From an uncultured virus (IMG/VR IMGVR_UViG_3300030098_005893) (lineage: Duplodnaviria > Heunggongvirae > Uroviricota > Caudoviricetes), in the IMG/VR virus record IMGVR_UViG_3300030098_005893, positions 1 to 64,000 of that record: 64,000 nt of DNA. One strand, 5' to 3'. The position numbers were made by a program, and so were the translations under genes. Of the stretch, positions 57,057 through 64,000 are shown piece after piece (the first letter of the stretch is position 1; each line of letters begins with the position of its first letter). The notes beneath the pieces were generated by a model. The model saw only the letters and a list, made by a program, of their open reading frames with translations, made no database searches and was not told the origin of the DNA.

Positions 57057-59096
57057 ATGAGAATATTCCCCAGACTGGGCGTCTCTGATGCTCGCAGCGC
57101 CTCAGACCCCTATTATTTTAGTAAGGGGTTACTTGTTTTAGACGCCAATGAAGGTGTGCTAAAGACGGGCGGCTCTGCGGCGGGATATCTGGATACTGTG
57201 GCAGCGTGGCAGAATAAGGCGATTGGCCCGAAGAACTTCTTGTTCATGCCGGGAACGGTTTACTCTTATGCTTATGTTTCCCATAATAGCAATTTGAATG
57301 CGTTCGATGACTTTTGTTTTGAAGTAAATGATGTTCTTATGCCCGATTGGACCCCATCCAATCACACCCCTTTAATTTCCAAAACGTATCCATCGTATGG
57401 TTACGCATCATGGGAGTTCGGTGTAGATACAGATGGTAAGCTCAGAATTGATCTTTCTTTCGACGGGACCAATGTCACCACCTACAAATCAACCGTAGCC
57501 ACAGGTGTTTCTGATGGAGGAACGTGTTCAGTTAGGGCGATAAGAAACAGCAGCACTATATCCTTTGAGATCGACACCGGGTCAGGGTTTGCTGCGCTAG
57601 GCACCACAGTGGCAGGGGTAAGCACGACACTCTATGACTCCGTATATTCTAACCTAGAGATTGGCAATAAAGAAGGAGGCTCATACTCCTACCCTCTTAA
57701 AGGCCAAGTAGGCGGGGCCAAGGTCTACAACACAGCAACTCCAGATTCGTCTTCTCCCGTTTTCTCTGTTGATTTTTCTTTGGCTACTCGGACAGACAGA
57801 TCCTTTGCCGTTACAACCGGGCAAACCATTTACTTGCAAGGCGATGGTGTTGCTATACAGCAGGCTACTGCTTCTGATGCTGTCCAGACAACCTACTCCT
57901 ATCGCGGTAAGTATCTAACCCCAAGTGCTAATAATTTGCCTGTGGGTCACTTTCCCGGCGTTGGCAGTAATTTCTACAGTGTCCCAGATGCCGCAAATCT
58001 GGATGGGTGGGGAGATTTTACGATAGAAGCAAAGGGAGTCACCCTCACAGATTGGACTCCTTCGTCTAATATGGGTCTTGTGTCGAAGTGGACTTCTTCT
58101 GGAGCCCAGAGGTCTTGGAGGTTTGACTTAAAGACTAATGGCAAACTCATTCTCTACCTCTCCTTTAATGGCTCCAGCAATACGGGTTATGAGTCCACAT
58201 CTTCTACTGGTTTGTCGAACGATTCTACCGCAGACCTTATGGTAATGAGGAACGGAACTGATGTTAAGTTTTACGTTAATGGTGTGCAGTTAGGGACCGA
58301 CAAAACCGCAGTCACAACTTCTGTTGCCTCGAAAAGCGCACCAGTTAGGCTGGGCATGGCCTACAATACTACAGGATCGCCGCTGACAGGCAAATACACT
58401 AGGGCTAGGGTGTGGAACTCTGCCGTTGCTAATCCCGCAAACCCAACAGAAAGCCCCATCTTAGACGTAAATTTTGAGGTGGATGCCACCCACGGAGATT
58501 CGTCTTTCACCGCGACTACAGGACAAACTGTTACCGTAAACACTTCCGGGGATAACCCTTGTAGCGTCATAGGCTATCCTGTTATTCGTTTTGATGGCGT
58601 TGACAACTACTTGTCCGGGCATTTTATCCCTTCCCTAACTAAAGGAAGGCTGTTTGTGGTCGGCACCATTCTAGGAGGAGGAGGGGAATCCCATGCGAGA
58701 GTTTTTAATGTAACCAAGGATACTGACTCTGTTACTGCTAGCACTACAGGTGCTGGGCTAATTATCAGGGAAGTAGCAACATCTGATTGGTGGTCATACC
58801 ATAATGGTTCTGCTGCTGTTGAGCAGAGTGGCAAATACACGGGTCGAATTCTTGCACAGGTAGACTTCTCCGCTTCTTCCCAAAGCTCCAAAACTAATGA
58901 CGCCAACCTTCAGACGGCCACAGCCGATTGGTCAGGATTGAACTCAAATAAATACGCTATTGCAGGAGGCGCTGATAACGGAAACTGGAACTCGGCAATC
59001 GACGTAGAGTTCGTAGCCCTATACCCGGACAGCATGAGCGACTCAGAGGCCGCTTCAGTGGTGGCCATCTTAAACGAACGATTCAAAATATACTAA
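57057..59096 (+). CDS. LamG/concanavalin-A-like repeat fibre (head fibre or receptor-binding protein)
   Basis: Two internal repeats (DF..E....DWTPS...L.SK...SW.F...T.GKL...LSF.G), FYVNG.QLG; follows the spike base gene. Confidence 0.75.
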   Translation: MRIFPRLGVSDARSASDPYYFSKGLLVLDANEGVLKTGGSAAGYLDTVAAWQNKAIGPKNFLFMPGTVYSYAYVSHNSNLNAFDDFCFEVNDVLMPDWTPSNHTPLISKTYPSYGYASWEFGVDTDGKLRIDLSFDGTNVTTYKSTVATGVSDGGTCSVRAIRNSSTISFEIDTGSGFAALGTTVAGVSTTLYDSVYSNLEIGNKEGGSYSYPLKGQVGGAKVYNTATPDSSSPVFSVDFSLATRTDRSFAVTTGQTIYLQGDGVAIQQATASDAVQTTYSYRGKYLTPSANNLPVGHFPGVGSNFYSVPDAANLDGWGDFTIEAKGVTLTDWTPSSNMGLVSKWTSSGAQRSWRFDLKTNGKLILYLSFNGSSNTGYESTSSTGLSNDSTADLMVMRNGTDVKFYVNGVQLGTDKTAVTTSVASKSAPVRLGMAYNTTGSPLTGKYTRARVWNSAVANPANPTESPILDVNFEVDATHGDSSFTATTGQTVTVNTSGDNPCSVIGYPVIRFDGVDNYLSGHFIPSLTKGRLFVVGTILGGGGESHARVFNVTKDTDSVTASTTGAGLIIREVATSDWWSYHNGSAAVEQSGKYTGRILAQVDFSASSQSSKTNDANLQTATADWSGLNSNKYAIAGGADNGNWNSAIDVEFVALYPDSMSDSEAASVVAILNERFKIY

Positions 59097-59407
59097 TGAC
59101 TTCCGAAGAAGCAGAACCAGAACTCACCCCCATCGAGCTGTCCAGAGTCTTGACAGGGCGCAGGTATTACTCTGTTCCTCGCGCAGACTATGACCAAGTT
59201 TCAGATGACCTGAACACGAAATATGGCTTGCCTGCGGACGAAGATACCATTGCCCCAACTCTGCGAATGATTGCCGAGAAGTCCAACGCGACAGTCTCCG
59301 GGGACGAACTATCCTACTTGTTCTCTCTCAGCCAGCCCCACGATATTTCTGACATTTCCAGCGTGACTGAACACACCAAGGAAGACTGGGAGGCTCTGGG
59401 GGCTTAA
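59096..59407 (+). CDS. Hypothetical protein (103 aa)
   Basis: TAATG coupling to the previous gene. Confidence 0.6.
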   Translation: MTSEEAEPELTPIELSRVLTGRRYYSVPRADYDQVSDDLNTKYGLPADEDTIAPTLRMIAEKSNATVSGDELSYLFSLSQPHDISDISSVTEHTKEDWEALGA

Positions 59408-59424
59408 CCGATACATAAAGCTAT

Positions 59425-60441
59425 ATGAAAAAAAGCGACAATAGCATAAGGCGGGACATTGTTTTCGCTATTATTGGAATAGCCATTTTCTACGCCGTTC
59501 TGGGCGTTGCAAACTGGCTTGATGGGGCCTTTGGCCTTATCGAAGCGTTCACGTTCGTGGACATCGCGTCAACGGTAACGAAAACCCTCGTTGCCAGCGC
59601 ATTAGCGTTTGCCCTGCTCAAGATTGGGTTTAGGCATACGCTTGGAAGAGACATAGGCAAAACCTTTGATGAGGGCTGGGATGAAACTCCGTCCCCAAAT
59701 AAGGCAAGGCTTATTATTATCGCGGTGCTGGTGTTCTTCGCCAGCATTATGCTTTCCGGAGCCAGCGCCTCTCTTAGAGACCTCTCCGTGGAAAGAAGCG
59801 GTGTAATCCCCGGCCTCTCGCTGCCAGTCAGCGACGAGGCCCGGGACCTCATCGTTGGATACGAGGTGGGAGGGAAAATCTATTACCAGAAGTATCTCTC
59901 GGGGCCCACATGGCCCGGGGGCGCAAGCGGAGTGACCATAGGGTTTGGCTACGATCTAGGGTATAACAACGCAACCCAGATTCGCAAAGATTGGGGAGGT
60001 CTTCTTTCTTCGTCTGAGGTGAACGCGCTCATTAGCGTATCAGGAAGAAAGGGGGGTGCCGGGAAATACGCCCTAGCTTCAGTAAAGAACAGGGTGAGGG
60101 TTTCATGGGACGAGGCCCAAGAGGTGTTTGATGGCTCCACTTTGCCAAGGTTTGCAAAAACAACCCAAACGGCATTTGGGCTGTCTGAAGACAGGCTTCA
60201 CCCGCACAGCAACGGAGCCCTTGTGTCGATTGTGTTCAACAGGGGCGCAAGCATGAAGGGCAGCAGAAGAAGGGAGATGGCAAACATCAGGGATCACATA
60301 GCGGCAGGTTACGCCGGAAGGGTCCCCCGGGAAATCAGGTCTATGAAGAGGCTGTGGCAGGGACGAGGGCTGGATGGTCTTATTAAGAGAAGGGATGCAG
60401 AGGCTGGTCTTTTTGAAAGAGGTCTTAAAATGAGAAACTAA
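59425..60441 (+). CDS. Endolysin (lysozyme-like fold) with three N-terminal hydrophobic segments
   Basis: YEVGG...WPGGASGVTIGFGYDLG, ALVSIVFNRG, GL.KRR.AEA.LF. Confidence 0.85.
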   Translation: MKKSDNSIRRDIVFAIIGIAIFYAVLGVANWLDGAFGLIEAFTFVDIASTVTKTLVASALAFALLKIGFRHTLGRDIGKTFDEGWDETPSPNKARLIIIAVLVFFASIMLSGASASLRDLSVERSGVIPGLSLPVSDEARDLIVGYEVGGKIYYQKYLSGPTWPGGASGVTIGFGYDLGYNNATQIRKDWGGLLSSSEVNALISVSGRKGGAGKYALASVKNRVRVSWDEAQEVFDGSTLPRFAKTTQTAFGLSEDRLHPHSNGALVSIVFNRGASMKGSRRREMANIRDHIAAGYAGRVPREIRSMKRLWQGRGLDGLIKRRDAEAGLFERGLKMRN

Positions 60442-60465
60442 ACCAAACCCCACAAACTCAAAGCA

Positions 60466-60909
60466 ATGGACAGCGATCTGAGAAAAAGAATAGAAAAGGC
60501 GGCACACAAGCACCCGACACTTACTAATGGCAAAATAGCCCACAATTGCAATTGCAAGGTAGCCGATGTTGAGAAAGTAAGAACCGACCTTGGTCTTGAG
60601 GTGGTTCATTCTGGCCCAAGAGGGAAAAGGAAACCTGCCTCAAGGGGAAAGGGTCTTGATCAGTTTCGCGCCAAGCACGATGTGGATCTCATCATCAGGA
60701 CCAAGGTGATGGAGTATCTATCTGAAGACCATGAGGAGTATTTTGATGACCATGACTTCCGAGAGATATGCGAGGTTCCTGTTACAGGCTGGAGAAGGCA
60801 CTCCGACTCGCCAGACTTTGATGAATACAGGTTGAGGAAGGGAAGCCTTAATGTGTGGGGGCCTAAGCACATAATCCTGCAAATGAAAAAGATCCTCGGG
60901 ATCATGTGA
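60466..60909 (+). CDS. Hypothetical protein, possible HTH
   Basis: LTNGKIAHNCNC...VEKVR. Confidence 0.6.
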   Translation: MDSDLRKRIEKAAHKHPTLTNGKIAHNCNCKVADVEKVRTDLGLEVVHSGPRGKRKPASRGKGLDQFRAKHDVDLIIRTKVMEYLSEDHEEYFDDHDFREICEVPVTGWRRHSDSPDFDEYRLRKGSLNVWGPKHIILQMKKILGIM

Positions 60910-60911
60910 AG

Positions 60912-61781
60912 ATGCCTAGAAAAAAAGGAAAATCTATTGACGAGTTTGCCAAGGGTCACGCCAGCAAGATCCTGTCTCTTCGGGATCAGTTGGAGACGCT
61001 TGCAAATGAGCGAGCCCTGCAAAGGATCTCCCTTCCCAAAAAGGCCCCCGCGTTTAAGTTCGGGGTTTTGAGCTGCACCCACTTTGGGTCAATCTACGAG
61101 GAAGTTGCAATGACTCGGGCCATTTACGAGTGGTTTGAGCAGGAGGGTATTAAAACCGTCTACCATTGCGGGGACATGACCGAGGGCGTCCAGATGAGGA
61201 AAGGGCATGAGCATGAAGTCCATAAGCACGGGGCTGACGCCCAGATAGATTGGACGGTTGAGCATTACCCATACATCAAAGGGATTAAGACTCACTTGAT
61301 CTCTGGAAACCATGACGAGGCCCACATGAAGAATGGCGGCACAGATGTCTGCGCGAGAATCGCGGAAAAGAGAGAGGACATCAATTATCTAGGGTCAGAT
61401 GCGGCCCGGTGGGTTGTGGAGAGAAAGGGTGAAAAGGACATTAGGATAGACATGCTACACCCCGGAGGGGGGAGTAGCTACGCTCTAAGCTACAAGCCTC
61501 AAAAGATAATCGAGCAGATTGAGTCGGGCCAAAAGCCAGACATCCTGCTTATCGGGCACTTCCACAAAGCGTTTACGTTGCCAGCCTATAGGGGCGTTGC
61601 TGCGGTGCTTGCTGGATGCACTCAGAGGCAGTCGCAATTTATGATGCGAAATGGCTTAGCCGCACATACAGGGGCCCACATAATCGAGTGCAGGGCCTTT
61701 GAAGACCAAGTAATGTTCTCGTCTTGCTGGAGGGGATTCAAGCCCCCCAAGGCAGATATTCCCGTTATTAACGATGAATGA
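60912..61781 (+). CDS. Calcineurin-like metallophosphoesterase
   Basis: Motifs S(C)THFG, HCGD..EG, GNHD, LHP, GHFH. Confidence 0.85.
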   Translation: MPRKKGKSIDEFAKGHASKILSLRDQLETLANERALQRISLPKKAPAFKFGVLSCTHFGSIYEEVAMTRAIYEWFEQEGIKTVYHCGDMTEGVQMRKGHEHEVHKHGADAQIDWTVEHYPYIKGIKTHLISGNHDEAHMKNGGTDVCARIAEKREDINYLGSDAARWVVERKGEKDIRIDMLHPGGGSSYALSYKPQKIIEQIESGQKPDILLIGHFHKAFTLPAYRGVAAVLAGCTQRQSQFMMRNGLAAHTGAHIIECRAFEDQVMFSSCWRGFKPPKADIPVINDE

Positions 61782-62437
61782 CCGCTGTGCATATAGACCT
61801 TTACACAACACTGACCGCTTTAGGGGCGGCAGCCTCCGCTGTGCTGGCGATTTGGTCGCTAACAACAAGGGGGAGGTCCGCGTGGAAAGAATGGTGGATA
61901 AGAAGAAGGCAGAGGAGGCAAATGCCGCAGTTGCTTCTGTCTATAAAAGAAGAGCTTCAGAAAGTCGCGGATAGGCAGGAGTTTTTCACTGCTGAGCTGA
62001 AGACAAATGGAGGAACCTCGCTAAAAGATGAGGTAAGGCTGTTGGTTAGCGAGAGGCTGATGGAGTTGCAAGAGGCTCCATACCCGGCCTTTAGATGCAC
62101 ATCAAACGGGGAGGCTATCTTCGTCAACAGGGCCTATGAGACCTTGGTTGATGACGACGACTCCAAGTTGGTTGGGCTTGGCTGGCAGTCATTCATTTAC
62201 GACAGCGAAGAAGGGGACACTTATTATCAAAGGTGGTTGCAAGTTGCGAAAACGGGCTCGCACTTTGCAGGAAACCTGAAATACAAAGATTCTCATGGAA
62301 ATTACCGGGGAGAATGGTTTGTCCGCATTGTGCCCCTTGGCCCATATAAAGCACACAATCAGATATGGGGAGGAAGAGTGTTTCCTGAGGACGAAGTAGC
62401 AGAAGAAATAGCAAAGGAATACGGATGGGCGAGATAG
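61778..62437 (+). CDS. Membrane-anchored PAS-domain protein
   Basis: N-terminal TM, NGGTSLKD linker, then IFVNRAY..L.....LVG.GWQSFI...RW...YKD.HG, a PAS signature. Confidence 0.7.
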   Translation: MTAVHIDLYTTLTALGAAASAVLAIWSLTTRGRSAWKEWWIRRRQRRQMPQLLLSIKEELQKVADRQEFFTAELKTNGGTSLKDEVRLLVSERLMELQEAPYPAFRCTSNGEAIFVNRAYETLVDDDDSKLVGLGWQSFIYDSEEGDTYYQRWLQVAKTGSHFAGNLKYKDSHGNYRGEWFVRIVPLGPYKAHNQIWGGRVFPEDEVAEEIAKEYGWAR

Positions 62438-62439
62438 AG

Positions 62440-64000
62440 GTGCAACTTACCGACGATCAGGCAGACGAGCTTCTTCGTGCTGCTTGCATGGAAAATGAAG
62501 ACGCTTGGGTCGAGCAGTTTGGCAAGATCCTTAAAAAGGACGGGGCTGTAGAGACTCCCGTCCTTAACTATTTGCAAGAGCAGGTCTGTGACGCAATAAG
62601 ATGGTGCAGAGAGAATGAATATCCATGTAGGATAATTATCCTCAAGCCACGCCAGAAAGGGTCCTCTACTGTTACCACGGCCTGTCTATACCACATGTTG
62701 CAGAGGAGGCAGTCCAACGGACTAATTATTGGCGGCGAATTTAGTCAAACGGATAACTTGTGGAAAATTACCAGAAGGTATTCGGATTACGACAAAATGA
62801 AGTGGCCCCACGAAAGACCAAGGATCACAAACGAAAGAGGGGCCTTTGGTAACGGCTCCATTCTTGAAAAGGAGACGGCGCAGGACTCAGAAGCCGGAAG
62901 ATCAGGAACTTTTCACTTCGTCCTTGCAACGGAAATTGGACGCTGGAGAGACACCCCGGCCAGAAACTCCGCTGAAATCCTGACCGGGGTGATGGCCTGT
63001 GTTCCCGACCTTCCAGACACAGCGGTGGTTCTTGAATCAACCGCGCAAGGCCCGGCAGGGGTTTTCTATGACCGCTGGAATGACGCTGACGACTGGGAGC
63101 ATGTCCAGACCCTTGCAAAAGGCGAGTGGAAAGGGCGGTGGATAAGGATATTTGCTCCTTGGTATGCTTTCGAGGACGCCAAAGACAACCTTACTGCCGT
63201 AGAGGTTGAGGACCTCAGGCGATCTTTAACCCCCACGGAAAGGGAGCTTTTGGCGGATTACAAGTGCGTGGACAAATCGGGTAACGAACACACTATCACG
63301 ATTAGCCATATTAGCTGGAGAAGAAAGATTCTGGAAAGCGAGTGCGATGGAGATGAGACCAAGTTCGACAGGGAGTTCCCCACCACCTCGCAACACGCCT
63401 TCAGAGCGTCTGCTAGGACGAGGTTCTCCCGTGATGGCCTCGACTGGCAAAGGACCCATGCGACCGCTCAGAAGCCAATCTACGGCATTCCTGAGCTATC
63501 CGAGAGCGGCAAGCTGGTGAATTTCAGGCAATCTTCTTTGGAGGAGGCCATTGTCCATTGTTTTGAGAGGCCCCGAGAGGGATACTATTACCTAGTAAGC
63601 GCGGACTTGATGACCGGGCAGTCACAAGTTGGAGGCAAAGATCCCGATTGCCATTCGGTTTTGGTTTGGAGAAAAGGTTTTTTTGATCGTGATCGCGGGT
63701 GGATTCCGCCGTCTATGGTTGCAAGATTAAAGCCTGAGTGCAGGTGGGATATAGATGTTTTGGCAGAGTGGACATACAGGCTGGCCCACTGGTATGGGAA
63801 GTGCCTTCTAGTGTCTGAGATAAACTGCGACCGGGGGTTCGTGGAGCTTATCAGGGCCAAAGGAGACATCCCCATTTACCAAAGGGAGATATTTAACCAT
63901 GTGAACCAAAAGAGGTCCAAGGCCTTTGGGTGGCACACCTCCAGTTCCACAAGATTGCAAATTGAGGAAACAATGGCCCGAAGCATCAGGGGATACGGGG
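62440..64000 (+). CDS. terL: Terminase large subunit, 3'-truncated by the window edge
   Basis: Hand translation from GTG 62440 (absent from the ORF track, no stop in window): IIILKPRQKGSST, VLESTAQG, FDREFP, VSADLMTG, SEIN, FGWHT. Confidence 0.9.
   Translation, partial: MQLTDDQADELLRAACMENEDAWVEQFGKILKKDGAVETPVLNYLQEQVCDAIRWCRENEYPCRIIILKPRQKGSSTVTTACLYHMLQRRQSNGLIIGGEFSQTDNLWKITRRYSDYDKMKWPHERPRITNERGAFGNGSILEKETAQDSEAGRSGTFHFVLATEIGRWRDTPARNSAEILTGVMACVPDLPDTAVVLESTAQGPAGVFYDRWNDADDWEHVQTLAKGEWKGRWIRIFAPWYAFEDAKDNLTAVEVEDLRRSLTPTERELLADYKCVDKSGNEHTITISHISWRRKILESECDGDETKFDREFPTTSQHAFRASARTRFSRDGLDWQRTHATAQKPIYGIPELSESGKLVNFRQSSLEEAIVHCFERPREGYYYLVSADLMTGQSQVGGKDPDCHSVLVWRKGFFDRDRGWIPPSMVARLKPECRWDIDVLAEWTYRLAHWYGKCLLVSEINCDRGFVELIRAKGDIPIYQREIFNHVNQKRSKAFGWHTSSSTRLQIEETMARSIRGYG

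Overview
The window is most of a dsDNA tailed-phage genome (Caudoviricetes, probably podovirus-like). It shows no integrase, DNA polymerase, tRNA or CRISPR array. The left arm (925-25329) is almost entirely on the minus strand and carries early/replication genes: RusA-like resolvase, LexA-type wHTH, DnaB helicase, PD-(D/E)XK exonuclease, TOPRIM primase, HNH, SNF2 helicase, a MoxR/CobS-like AAA+ and vWA pair, and an XRE regulator. The right arm (25377-64000) is on the plus strand and carries virion/lysis genes: a 5900-aa polyvalent protein, portal, scaffold, major capsid, adaptors, fibres, a spanin candidate, a membrane-anchored endolysin, a metallophosphoesterase, a membrane-anchored PAS protein and the terminase large subunit, which runs off the end. 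The most unusual signals are four. (1) The palindrome TTGCAA is iterated genome-wide, about 165 copies by hand count against about 13-15 expected. (2) A second dispersed palindrome, CCCYCCGGRGGG, occurs 14 times, several copies with co-varying complementary flanks. (3) The giant protein has its enzymatic modules (HhH glycosylase-like, kinase, ADP-ribosyltransferase, GNAT, GHKL ATPase) delimited by a recurring (P/L/I)(S/N)LQ motif downstream of a HExxH zincin domain, which suggests a self-processing injected polyprotein. (4) A ~700-nt hairpin-dense non-coding element lies upstream of the early operon. All family assignments come from motifs recognised by eye, not from database searches.
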